Shown in pieces: positions 18,487-28,462 of a stretch of DNA of 64,000 nucleotides (positions are counted from its first letter, which is position 1; every line of letters starts with the position of its first letter). Location of the stretch: positions 46,548 through 110,547 of the forward strand of contig JAYSFJ010000015.1 of the NCBI GenBank assembly GCA_041913465.1, read 5' to 3'. This stretch comes from Mesorhizobium sp. (GTDB lineage: Bacteria; Pseudomonadota; Alphaproteobacteria; Rhizobiales; Rhizobiaceae). Position numbers and translations under genes: made by a program. The notes beneath the pieces are model-generated. The model was not told the DNA's origin and did no database searches. It worked only from the letters and a program-made list of their open reading frames with translations.

Positions 18487-19377
18487 ATGAACAAGGAAAT
18501 GGCCGCGCAGGCCGCGAACAAGGACGGTTTCATCGCGGCGCTCGACCAGTCGGGCGGCTCCACGCCGAAGGCGCTCAGGCTCTACGGCATCGCCGAAGGC
18601 TCGTGGTCGAACGACGCCGAAATGTTCGATCTCATCCATCAGATGCGCGCGCGGATCATCAAGTCGCCTGCCTTCACCGGCGACAAGGTGATGGGCGCGA
18701 TCCTGTTCGAGCAGACCATGGACCGCGACATCGACGGCACGCCGACCGCGCAGTATCTGTGGGAGAAGCGCGGGGTCGTTCCGTTCCTGAAGATCGACAA
18801 GGGCCTCGCGGCCGCGGCGGACGGCGTCCAGCTGATGAAGCCGATGCCGGAGCTCGACGCCCTCCTGAAGCGCGCCGTCGCCAAGGGGATTTTCGGGACG
18901 AAGGAGCGTTCGGTGATCGACGCGGCGAATCCGAAGGGTATCTCTGCCATCGTCGCCCAGCAGTTCGAGGTCGGCAGACAGGTCCTGGCGCACGGCCTCA
19001 TCCCAATCATCGAGCCGGAGGTGACGATCTCGATTCCCGACAAGGCGGCGGCGGAGGACATGCTGCTTGCTGAAATCCTCAAGCATCTCGACAGCCTGCC
19101 GGCCGGCCAGAAGGTGATGCTGAAGCTGACGCTGCCCACGAAGGCGAACCTCTACAAGCCGCTGGTCGACCATCCCAAGGTCATGCGCGTGGTTGCGCTG
19201 TCCGGCGGCTATTCGCGCGACGAGGCGAATGCGAAGCTGATGCAGAACGACGGCGTGATCGCCTCCTTCTCGCGCGCCCTGACCGAGGGCCTTTCCGCGA
19301 AGCAGAGCGACGCCGAGTTCAACAAGTTGCTGGGGTCGGCGATCGACAGCATCTTCGAGGCATCGCGGGCGCGCTAA
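18487..19377 (+). CDS. Fructose-bisphosphate aldolase, class I
   Basis: 296 aa. [17 protein letters not shown] and [10 protein letters not shown] (Schiff-base lysine region) match bacterial class I FBA. Position after pgk is consistent. Confidence 0.92.
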   Translation: MNKEMAAQAANKDGFIAALDQSGGSTPKALRLYGIAEGSWSNDAEMFDLIHQMRARIIKSPAFTGDKVMGAILFEQTMDRDIDGTPTAQYLWEKRGVVPFLKIDKGLAAAADGVQLMKPMPELDALLKRAVAKGIFGTKERSVIDAANPKGISAIVAQQFEVGRQVLAHGLIPIIEPEVTISIPDKAAAEDMLLAEILKHLDSLPAGQKVMLKLTLPTKANLYKPLVDHPKVMRVVALSGGYSRDEANAKLMQNDGVIASFSRALTEGLSAKQSDAEFNKLLGSAIDSIFEASRAR

Positions 19378-19388
19378 GCACCCCCTCC

Positions 19389-19423
19389 GGCCCTTCGGGC
19401 CACCTCCCCCGTCGAGGGGGAGG
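19389..19423 (-). repeat. Bipartite REP-like hairpin module (copy B)
   Basis: ggccc-ttc-gggcc followed by cctccccc-gtcga-gggggagg. The reverse complement aligns with copies at 11089-11125 and 19513-19550. Confidence 0.6.
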
Positions 19424-19512
19424 AGGGCGAGAAATCGCGATCTGCCTTGACAAGTTGAATTTCAGTTCTGGCCGCGTTCTCATTGCCAGAGCGGTGCAGA
19501 ATGGAGCGCCCT

Positions 19513-19550
19513 CCCTCCCCTTGACGGGGAGGGTGCCGGGCGAAGCCCGG
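19513..19550 (+). repeat. Bipartite REP-like hairpin module (copy C)
   Basis: ccctcccc-ttgac-ggggaggg, then tg, then ccgggc-gaa-gcccgg. Confidence 0.6.
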
Positions 19551-19634
19551 TGGGTGGGGTGGGCCACCTTCGCGATAGGCCGTGGCGCAGATCCGCGCTG
19601 CGTTTTTCGTCGCCTTGTATCGGCGAACAATGCT

Positions 19635-19656
19635 AAGGGGGCCGCGCGGCCCCCTT
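19635..19656. repeat. GC-rich perfect hairpin/palindrome
   Basis: aagggggcc-gcgc-ggccccctt, 22 nt upstream of the next ATG. No T-tract follows. Confidence 0.5.
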
Positions 19657-19678
19657 ACTGCTTCATAGATCCTCGCCC

Positions 19679-20938
19679 ATGCCCACCGCCCAGCCTGCCG
19701 ACCTTGACGCCGACATCGTCGTGATCGGTGCCGGCATCGTCGGCATCTGCGCGGCGACCTTCCTCGCCGACGCGGGCCAGCGGGTGCTGGTCGTCGACCG
19801 CACCGGCGTCTGCGAGGAGACGAGCTCGGGCAATGCCAGCGCCTTCGCCTTCTCGGACGTTCTGCCGCTCGCCCACAAGGGCATGATGAAGAACCTGCCG
19901 AAATGGCTAGCCGACCCGCTCGGGCCGTTGGCGATCCGACCTTCCTATCTGCCGCAACTGCTGCCCTGGCTTTACCGGTTCTGGCGCGCCGGCCGGACCG
20001 GCTACGAGGCGGCGCTGTCGGCGCAGGCCGGCCTGATGCGGCTGGCGGAGGCCGAGTGGCTGGCCCTGCTTGACCGCTCCGGCACGAGGCCGATGCTGCG
20101 CGAGGACGGGTCGCTCGAACTCTACGAGAGCGAGGCCGAGTTTCGCGCCGCCCTGCCGGGCTGGGCCGCCCGCGAGCGACACGAAATCGGCTTTCGCCAT
20201 GTCGAGCGCGACGAACTCGCCTCGCTCCAGCCGGGCCTCTCGCGGCAGTTCGTCAAGGGCACTTTCGTGCCCGGCTGGAAGACCGCCGACGATCCGATGC
20301 TGCTCGGCAAGGCGGTCTGGGCTCATGCGGAGGCGAAGGGAGCCCGGTTCGTTCACGGCACGGTGACGGATGTGGCCGGTTCCCCGCAGGAGATCCTTCT
20401 GAGCCTGGCCGACGGCCGCAGGATCGCCGCGCCGAAGCTGCTGGTCGCCGCCGGCGCCTGGTCGCATCTCTGGACACGCCGCTTCGGCGACAAGGTGCCG
20501 CTCGAGACCGAGCGCGGCTACAACACGACGCTTCCCGCCGATGCCTTCGACGTAAAGCGGCAGCTGATCTTCTCCGGCCACGGCTTCGTCATCACGCCGC
20601 TGTCGACCGGCCTGCGCGTCGGCGGCGCGGTCGAGTTCGGCGGGCTGGACTTGCCGCCCAACTACGCGCGCTCGAAAGCGATGCTGGAGAAAGCGAAACG
20701 CTTCCTGCCCGGCCTGAAGACCGAAAGCGGACGCGAGTGGATGGGCTATCGTCCGTCGATGCCTGACTCGCTTCCCGTCATCGGACGCGCGCGCCAGTCG
20801 CCGAACGTCTTCTACGCCTTCGGCCACGGCCATCTCGGCAAGACGCAGGCGGCGGCCACCGGCCGGCTGGTGCGGGACATGGTGCTGGGGCAGCCTCCGG
20901 CCATCGACCTGTCGCCGTTCTCGCCGCAACGGTTTTGA
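19679..20938 (+). CDS. FAD-dependent oxidoreductase, D-amino-acid/D-hydroxyproline dehydrogenase-like (DadA family)
   Basis: 419 aa. The N-terminal DIVVIGAGIVGICAATFLADAGQRVLVVDR is a dinucleotide-binding fold. Adjacent to a 4-hydroxyproline epimerase. Confidence 0.85.
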   Translation: MPTAQPADLDADIVVIGAGIVGICAATFLADAGQRVLVVDRTGVCEETSSGNASAFAFSDVLPLAHKGMMKNLPKWLADPLGPLAIRPSYLPQLLPWLYRFWRAGRTGYEAALSAQAGLMRLAEAEWLALLDRSGTRPMLREDGSLELYESEAEFRAALPGWAARERHEIGFRHVERDELASLQPGLSRQFVKGTFVPGWKTADDPMLLGKAVWAHAEAKGARFVHGTVTDVAGSPQEILLSLADGRRIAAPKLLVAAGAWSHLWTRRFGDKVPLETERGYNTTLPADAFDVKRQLIFSGHGFVITPLSTGLRVGGAVEFGGLDLPPNYARSKAMLEKAKRFLPGLKTESGREWMGYRPSMPDSLPVIGRARQSPNVFYAFGHGHLGKTQAAATGRLVRDMVLGQPPAIDLSPFSPQRF

Positions 20939-20985
20939 GAGGGCTCCGCATGAACCGGCCCGCTTCCGCAAGCAAGAGATAGCCA

Positions 20986-21987
20986 ATGTCGCGCCATTCG
21001 TTCCACATCATCGACGGCCACACCTGCGGCAACCCGGTCCGCCTCGTCGCGGGGGGAGGGCCGCTGCTTAACGGTTCGACCATGATGGAGCGACGGGCGC
21101 ATTTCCTGGCCGAATACGACTGGATCCGCACCGGGCTGATGTTCGAGCCGCGCGGGCACGACATGATGTCCGGCTCCATCCTCTATCCGCCGACCCGTCC
21201 CGACTGCGACATCGCGATCCTGTTCATCGAGACGTCCGGCTGCCTGCCGATGTGCGGCCACGGTACGATCGGCACGGTGACGATGGCAATCGAGCACGGA
21301 CTGGTGAAGCCGAAGACGCCGGGCCTGCTGCGGCTCGACACCCCGGCCGGGCTGGTGCTCGCCGAATACCGCCAGGAGGGCGAGTATGTCGAAGAGGTGC
21401 GCATCACCAACGTGCCGTCCTTCCTCTATGCCGAGGGTCTGACGGCCGACGTTCCCGGTCTCGGCGAGATCGTCGTCGATGTCGCCTATGGCGGCAATTT
21501 CTACGCCATCGTCGAGCCGCAGAAGAATTTCCGCGACATCGCCGACCACCCGGCGGGCGAACTCATCGGCTGGAGCCCGCTGCTGCGCAAGGCGCTGAAC
21601 GAGAAATACACCTTCGAGCACCCGGAAAACCCCGGCATCAACCGGCTGTCGCACATCCTGTGGACCGGCGCGCCGACACAGGACGGCGCGGACGCGCGCA
21701 ACGCCGTGTTCTACGGCGACAAGGCGATCGACCGCAGCCCCTGCGGGACGGGCACGTCGGCGCGGATGGCGCAGCGCCATGCCAAAGGCCTGCTGAAGGA
21801 AGGAGACGGCTTCGTGCACGAGTCCATCATCGGCTCGCTGTTCAAGGGCCGCGTCGAGAAGGAGACGACTGTCGCAAACCGCAAGGCGATCGTGCCCTCG
21901 ATCGGCGGCTGGGCGCGCACCACGGGCTACAACACGATCTTCATCGACGACCGCGACCCCTATGCACACGGTTTCGTGGTGAAGTAA
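20986..21987 (+). CDS. 4-hydroxyproline 2-epimerase (proline racemase family)
   Basis: 333 aa. IDGHTCGNPVRLV and the two catalytic Cys contexts LPMCGHGTIG and DRSPCGTGTSARMA. Confidence 0.9.
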   Translation: MSRHSFHIIDGHTCGNPVRLVAGGGPLLNGSTMMERRAHFLAEYDWIRTGLMFEPRGHDMMSGSILYPPTRPDCDIAILFIETSGCLPMCGHGTIGTVTMAIEHGLVKPKTPGLLRLDTPAGLVLAEYRQEGEYVEEVRITNVPSFLYAEGLTADVPGLGEIVVDVAYGGNFYAIVEPQKNFRDIADHPAGELIGWSPLLRKALNEKYTFEHPENPGINRLSHILWTGAPTQDGADARNAVFYGDKAIDRSPCGTGTSARMAQRHAKGLLKEGDGFVHESIIGSLFKGRVEKETTVANRKAIVPSIGGWARTTGYNTIFIDDRDPYAHGFVVK

Positions 21988-22288
21988 GACTTTGGACGAA
22001 GCGCTCCGGACTCGCAAGAATCCGTAACTCTCGAGCCCCCACGCGACGGATTCTGCGAATCCGGCCTGTGACATGCGTCGAAAAGTCAAAGACTTTGCGA
22101 TGGGCCAATGATAGCGTCCGGCTTGGTCCAGGTCGTGGACCGTTCATGTCGCGGATTTAGGCAGTGCCCTTCGGGGAGGCTCGATGTCGCAATTTGACAT
22201 TGCATTCCGGCATCGAACGGCTACGACTTAAGAGAACCACATAAGGGATGCGCCAGGGGCGGCGACATTCCAGGGGAGCCGGTTAACG

Positions 22289-23191
22289 ATGGAATATTTT
22301 ATCCAGCAGCTCATCAACGGGCTGACGCTGGGATCTATCTACGGGCTGATCGCGATCGGCTACACGATGGTCTACGGCATCATCGGCATGATCAATTTCG
22401 CCCATGGCGACATCTTCATGCTTGGTGCGTTCGTCGCGATGATTGTCTTCCTGATCCTCGTGGCGATGTTCACCACGGTCCACGTGGTCTTCTTCCTCCT
22501 GGTCATGATGATCGTCGCGATGCTGACGACATCGCTGTGGAACTGGACGATCGAACGCACCGCCTACCGACCGCTGCGCGGCTCGTTCCGCCTCGCGCCG
22601 CTGATCACGGCGATCGGCATGTCGATCTTCATCTCCAACTTCGTGCAGGTCACGCAGGGTCCGCGCAACAAGCCGATCCCGCCGATGATCAATTCGGTCT
22701 ACAACGTCGCCGGCATCTCGATCTCGCTGAAGCAGATCGTCATCGCGGTGGTGACGATCGTGCTGCTCGGGATCTTCTGGTACATCGTCAACAAGACGCC
22801 GCTCGGACGCGCCCAGCGCGCCTGCGAACAGGACCGCAAGATGGCGGCGCTGCTTGGCGTCGACGTCGACAAGACGATCTCGATCACCTTCATCATGGGT
22901 GCGGCGCTCGCCGCCGTCGCCGGCACGCTTTTCCTGATGTACTACGGCGTCGTCGCCTTCTCCGACGGCTTCGTCCCCGGGGTGAAGGCGTTCACGGCGG
23001 CAGTGCTCGGCGGCATCGGCTCGCTGCCCGGCGCGGTGCTGGGTGGCCTTTTGATCGGAACGATCGAGTCGCTCTGGTCGGCCTATTTCTCGATCGACTA
23101 CAAGGACGTCGCCGCCTTCTCGATCCTGGCGATCGTGCTGATCTTCCTGCCCTCCGGCCTTATGGGCCGCCCGGAAGTGGAGAAAGTCTAG
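22289..23191 (+). CDS. livH: Branched-chain amino acid ABC transporter permease
   Basis: 300 aa. MEYFIQQLINGLTLGSIYGLIAIGYTMVYGIIGMINFAHGD is a canonical LivH N-terminus. Confidence 0.93.
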   Translation: MEYFIQQLINGLTLGSIYGLIAIGYTMVYGIIGMINFAHGDIFMLGAFVAMIVFLILVAMFTTVHVVFFLLVMMIVAMLTTSLWNWTIERTAYRPLRGSFRLAPLITAIGMSIFISNFVQVTQGPRNKPIPPMINSVYNVAGISISLKQIVIAVVTIVLLGIFWYIVNKTPLGRAQRACEQDRKMAALLGVDVDKTISITFIMGAALAAVAGTLFLMYYGVVAFSDGFVPGVKAFTAAVLGGIGSLPGAVLGGLLIGTIESLWSAYFSIDYKDVAAFSILAIVLIFLPSGLMGRPEVEKV

Positions 23192-23195
23192 AGCC

Positions 23196-24593
23196 ATGGC
23201 GACGACCCATTCGACCGCTGCCGCCACCACGAGCGCGCAGCCCAGCGTCATTGCCAATGCCTTGAAGGAGGCGTTCTACGCAGGACTGATCGCGCTCGGC
23301 CTGTTCGTGCTGATCATTGGCCTCAAGACCGACCAGAACATCCGCAACGAACTGATCGTCGTTCAGCGCTGGAGCCTGCTGTTCGTCGTCGTCGCGATCG
23401 TCACGGTCGGGCGCTTCGCCTTCTCGGCTTTCGTCTGGCCGGAGGTCGAGCGCCGCCGTGCGATCGGCAAGAAGGTGGCCGTCGCTTCCGAGCCCGGCTT
23501 TCTCAAGCGGAACATCAACTGGATCGGCGTTCTCGCGCTGTTCCTGTTCCCGGCTATCGTGATCTGGACGAGCGGGGTCCAGGGCTCGCTGAAATGGATC
23601 GACAATTTCGGCATCCAGGTGCTGATCTACGTCATGCTGGCCTGGGGTCTCAACATCGTGATCGGGTTGGCCGGCCTGCTCGACCTCGGATATGTCGCCT
23701 TCTATGCCGTCGGCGCCTACACCTACGCGCTGCTGGGCACAGAGTTCGGCCTCTCTTTCTGGATCCTCCTGCCGGCCGCCGGGGCAATGGCCGCGCTGTG
23801 GGGTATCCTGTTGGGCTTTCCGGTGCTGCGCCTGCGCGGCGACTACCTCGCCATCGTCACGCTCGCCTTCGGGGAGATCATACGACTCGTGCTGATCAAC
23901 TGGCGCGAGGTGACCAATGGGTCGGCCGGCATTTCCGGCATCCCGAAGATCACCTTCTTTGGCATCTTCGATTTCGACGTGTCGTCGCCGTTCTACATCG
24001 GCAAGGTGTTCGACCTGCCGACCTCGGGCGTCTACTACAAGATCTTCCTCTACTACCTGATCCTGATCCTCGCCCTGATCACCGCCTTCGTCACGGTTCG
24101 GCTGCGGCGCATGCCGGTCGGCCGCGCCTGGGAAGCGCTGCGCGAGGACGAGATCGCCTGCCGGTCTCTCGGCATCAACACGACCAACACCAAGCTCACG
24201 GCCTTCGCCATCGGCGCAATGTTCGGCGGTTTCGCGGGCTCGTTCTTCGCGGCCCGTCAAGGGTTCATCAATCCCGAGTCCTTCGTTTTCCTCCAGTCCG
24301 CCATCATCCTGGCGATCGTCGTGCTGGGCGGCATGGGCTCGCTGGTCGGCATCGCCATCGCCGCGCTGGTGATGATCGGCGGCATGGAGGCACTGCGCGA
24401 AATGCAGTTCCTCAAGCTCGCCTTCGGGCCGAACTTCACCCCGGAACTCTACCGCATGCTGCTGTTCGGCATGGCCATGGTCGTTGTCATGGTCTGGAAG
24501 CCCAGAGGCTTCGTCGGCAGCCGCGAGCCAACCGCCTTTTTGAAATCGAGGAAATCTGTGTCCGGTTCATTCACGCGCGAGGGACACGGCTGA
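23196..24593 (+). CDS. livM: Branched-chain amino acid ABC transporter permease (long form)
   Basis: 465 aa. [24 protein letters not shown] and [19 protein letters not shown] motifs. Confidence 0.92.
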   Translation: MATTHSTAAATTSAQPSVIANALKEAFYAGLIALGLFVLIIGLKTDQNIRNELIVVQRWSLLFVVVAIVTVGRFAFSAFVWPEVERRRAIGKKVAVASEPGFLKRNINWIGVLALFLFPAIVIWTSGVQGSLKWIDNFGIQVLIYVMLAWGLNIVIGLAGLLDLGYVAFYAVGAYTYALLGTEFGLSFWILLPAAGAMAALWGILLGFPVLRLRGDYLAIVTLAFGEIIRLVLINWREVTNGSAGISGIPKITFFGIFDFDVSSPFYIGKVFDLPTSGVYYKIFLYYLILILALITAFVTVRLRRMPVGRAWEALREDEIACRSLGINTTNTKLTAFAIGAMFGGFAGSFFAARQGFINPESFVFLQSAIILAIVVLGGMGSLVGIAIAALVMIGGMEALREMQFLKLAFGPNFTPELYRMLLFGMAMVVVMVWKPRGFVGSREPTAFLKSRKSVSGSFTREGHG

Positions 24594-25953
24594 TGACGAC
24601 GGCATCCGATCCGATCCTCAAGGTCGAGCATCTATCGATGAAATTCGGCGGCCTGGTCGCCGTCGGCGACCTGTCCTTCGAAGCCAGGCGCGGCGAGATC
24701 ACCGCGCTGATCGGCCCGAACGGCGCCGGCAAGACGACCGTGTTCAACTGTATCACCGGCTTCTACAAGCCGTCGGAAGGCATGATCACGCTGACGCGAC
24801 GCGACGGCACGACCTATCTGCTCGAGCGGCTGCCGGACTTCCAGATCCCGGCCAAGGCCAAGGTGGCGCGCACGTTCCAGAACATCCGGCTGTTTTCGGG
24901 GATGACTGTTCTGGAGAACCTGCTCGTCGCCCAGCACAACAAGCTCATGCTGGCGTCCGGCTTCACGGTGCTCGGCCTGTTCGGCGCGCCGGCCTATCGC
25001 AAGGCGTCCGCCGAATCGCGCGAGCTCGCGGCTCACTGGCTGGAGAAGGCCGACCTGATCGACCGCGCCGACGATCCGGCGGGCGATCTGCCCTACGGGG
25101 CGCAGCGGCGCCTCGAGATCGCGCGCGCCATGTGCACCGGGCCGGAACTGCTCTGTCTCGACGAGCCGGCGGCAGGCCTGAATCCGAAGGAATCCCTGGC
25201 GCTCAACGCGCTCCTCAACGACATCAAGGACAATACCGGCACCTCGATCCTGCTGATCGAGCACGACATGTCGGTCGTCATGCAGATTTCGGATCACGTC
25301 GTGGTGCTTGAATACGGCCGCAAGATTTCCGACGGCGACCCAAGCTTCGTGAAGAGCGATCCCAAGGTCATCGCCGCCTATCTCGGCATCGACGACCAGG
25401 AGGTCGAGACGGTGCTGGTGGAAGTCGGCGACGAACACGTGATCGAACAGCTCGACGGGACGCCGGATCCGCATCATGGGCCGGCCGCGTCATCGTCGAT
25501 GATGGCAGGTCCCGTGTCCGACACGATCGAGCACGCCGCCGATCACGAAGGCCTGGTGACCGTGTCGCCGGGCGCATCGAAAGCCGATCGGGTGAAGGCG
25601 GCCGCTCCGGTCGCAAAGCCCGCGGCGGCGAAGCCAGCAGCCAAGCCGGCGACGGTTCGCAAGTCCAAAGCCGCAGCTACCCCGGTGGCCGCGAAAGCCG
25701 CTCCGGCCGCTGCCGATGACCTCACGCTGATCAAGGGCATCGGCCCGGTCAATGCGCGCAAGTTGAACGAGCACGGCGTGACCAGTTTCGCGCAGATCGC
25801 CGCGTGGAAGAAGGCGGATATCGTCGCGGCCGAGGCCTATCTCGAGTTCGACGGCCGGATCGCCCGCGAGGACTGGGTCGGCCAGGCCAAGCGGCTTGCA
25901 AAGGGCAGCAAACCAGCCAAAGCCTCGACTGCCAAGACCGGAGGGCGCGGCTG

Positions 25954-25954
<1 letters not shown>
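24593..25954 (+). CDS. livG: Branched-chain amino acid ABC transporter ATP-binding protein with a C-terminal extension of about 190 aa
   Basis: Distal part of ORF 23594..25954. ATG at 24593 overlaps the livM stop (ATGA). Walker [10 protein letters not shown], signature [14 protein letters not shown], Walker [12 protein letters not shown]. After ..VIAAYLGI the protein continues for about 190 aa (see findings). Confidence 0.9.
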
Positions 25955-26682
<728 letters not shown>

Positions 26683-26695
26683 GGAGGGACGTTCG

Positions 26696-27043
26696 ATGCA
26701 CGGTATTCTCTACGAAGAGCCCAGTATCTGGCAGTTCTTCTTCGTCACGCTCGTTCTCGGCGGCGGTGCCGCATGGATGACGGGGCGCGCCTGCGCGCAG
26801 ACGTGGCGGCCGGTGTCCAGCCTGGTCGCCTTCCTGCTGATGCTCGGGATCGCTGTCAGGTTCATCCACCATGCGCTGTTCGACGGCACGATGTTCACGG
26901 CGCAGTATTACATCGTCGACACGATCATCCTGATGGTGATCGGCTATATCGGCTACCGCTACACGCGGGTGAACCAGATGGTGAGCCAGTATCACTGGCT
27001 TTACGAACGCGATTCACTTCTCTCCTGGAAGGAGAAGCGCTGA
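26696..27043 (+). CDS. DUF6867-like small membrane protein associated with liv operons
   Basis: Within ORF 26633..27043. ATG at 26696 with GAGGAGGG upstream. Three hydrophobic helices (WQFFFVTLVLGGGAAWM, LVAFLLMLGIAV, IVDTIILMVIGYIGY). The family name is from memory. Confidence 0.7.
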   Translation: MHGILYEEPSIWQFFFVTLVLGGGAAWMTGRACAQTWRPVSSLVAFLLMLGIAVRFIHHALFDGTMFTAQYYIVDTIILMVIGYIGYRYTRVNQMVSQYHWLYERDSLLSWKEKR

Positions 27044-27181
27044 CGTTCACCATTAACGCCGAATCCAGCAGGATTCGGCGTGACAAGTGCCTGAAAATGG
27101 GCAAAGTTTCCTTTCTGCGAGTTGGGTGGGCATCGCATGAAAGCAATCATCCAGGCCCGCCCGTTTAACGGGAGTGTATCA

Positions 27182-28300
27182 ATGAAGAAGTCTCTCTTGT
27201 CGGCCGTTGCCATGACCGCGGTTCTCGCGTTCAGTGGCAGTGCGTGGGCCGACATCCTGATCGGCGTGGCCGGTCCGATCACCGGTCCGAATGCTGCCTT
27301 CGGTGCGCAGCTCCAGAAGGGCGCCGAGCAGGCGGCGGCCGACATCAATGCCGCCGGCGGCATCAATGGCGAGCAGATCAAGATCGTCATCGGCGACGAC
27401 GTCTCCGACCCGACCCAGGGCGTTTCCGTTGCGAACAAGTTCGTCGCGGACGGCGTCAAGTTCGTCGTCGGCCACTTCAACTCGGGCGTGTCGATCCCGG
27501 CCTCGGAAGTCTATGCCGAGAACGGCATCATGCAGATCACCCCGGCCTCGACCAACCCGAAGTTCACCGAGCGCGGCCTGTGGAACACGTTCCGCACCTG
27601 CGGTCGCGACGACCAGCAGGGTGCAGTCGCCGGCGCCTACATCGCCGCCAACTTCAAGGACGGCAAGGTCGCCATCATCCACGACAAGACCCCCTATGGT
27701 CAGGGCCTTGCCGACGAGACCAAGAAAGCCGCCAACGGCGCCGGCGTGACGGAAGTCATGTATGAAGGCATCAACATCGGCGACAAGGACTTCTCGGCCC
27801 TCATCGCCAAGATGAAGGAAGCCGGCGTCACGGCCGTCTACTATGGCGGCCTGCACACCGAAGCCGGCCTGATCATGCGCCAGCTGGCCGACCAAGGCCT
27901 GAAGGCCGCCTTCATGTCGGGCGACGGCATCGTCTCGAACGAGCTCGCCTCGATCGCCGGCGACGCGGTCAATGGCACGCTGATGACGTTCGCTCCGGAT
28001 CCGCGCAAGAACCCGGCCGCGAAGGAAATCGTCGAGAAGTTCCGCGCCGCGGGCTTCGAGCCGGAAGCCTACACGCTCTACTCCTACGCCGCCGTGCAGG
28101 TCATCGCAGGCGCGGCGAAGGCCGCCGGCGACCTCGACCCGACGAAGGTCGCGGAAGCCGCCAAGGCCAAGGGCCCGTTCCCGACCGCGATCGGCGATCT
28201 GGGCTTCGACGCCAAGGGCGACATCACCCGTCCGGACTACGTGATGTACACGTGGAAGAAGGGCGACGACGGCAAGTACAGCTACTTCGAGAACGAATAA
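27182..28300 (+). CDS. livJ: Leu/Ile/Val-type periplasmic substrate-binding protein (LivJ/BraC family)
   Basis: Within ORF 27122..28300, ATG at 27182. Signal peptide [23 protein letters not shown], then [39 protein letters not shown]. Confidence 0.92.
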   Translation: MKKSLLSAVAMTAVLAFSGSAWADILIGVAGPITGPNAAFGAQLQKGAEQAAADINAAGGINGEQIKIVIGDDVSDPTQGVSVANKFVADGVKFVVGHFNSGVSIPASEVYAENGIMQITPASTNPKFTERGLWNTFRTCGRDDQQGAVAGAYIAANFKDGKVAIIHDKTPYGQGLADETKKAANGAGVTEVMYEGINIGDKDFSALIAKMKEAGVTAVYYGGLHTEAGLIMRQLADQGLKAAFMSGDGIVSNELASIAGDAVNGTLMTFAPDPRKNPAAKEIVEKFRAAGFEPEAYTLYSYAAVQVIAGAAKAAGDLDPTKVAEAAKAKGPFPTAIGDLGFDAKGDITRPDYVMYTWKKGDDGKYSYFENE

Positions 28301-28325
28301 CCGCTCGAAGCGTTTCGAAAAAAGT

Positions 28326-28358
28326 GCCCGGCGCGTCCTCGCGCCGGGCATTTTCGTT
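28326..28358 (+). terminator. Rho-independent terminator after livJ
   Basis: gcccggcgcg-tcct-cgcgccgggc stem-loop followed by attttcgttt. Confidence 0.7.
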
Positions 28359-28462
28359 TGCCCAAGGCGTAGGCAGGCGCGAATTCTGCCGATTCTGTTT
28401 GCAGTGCAGCATTTTCCGGATAAACATCTTCCGCAGCGTCCCGCCCCTCCCGGAGTGCTTCC

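Noticed and set aside
11003-19656. CRISPR array or tRNA genes among the repeated GC hairpins
   Set aside because: The copies are few, irregularly spaced, in mixed orientation and internally palindromic, and no cas genes are present. I saw no cloverleaf-compatible GTTCGAATC-type T-arm anywhere in the window.
22184-22231. 15-codon upstream ORF (MSQFDIAFRHRTATT) with a GGGGAGG SD, 57 nt before livH, as a possible attenuation leader peptide
   Set aside because: The peptide has no run of Leu/Ile/Val codons. No terminator/antiterminator alternative structures are evident downstream.
23594-24592. First 333 codons of the 786-aa ORF 23594..25954
   Set aside because: This part is out of frame inside livM and has Arg/Pro/Gly-rich composition. 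LivG begins at the ATG at 24593, which overlaps the livM stop.
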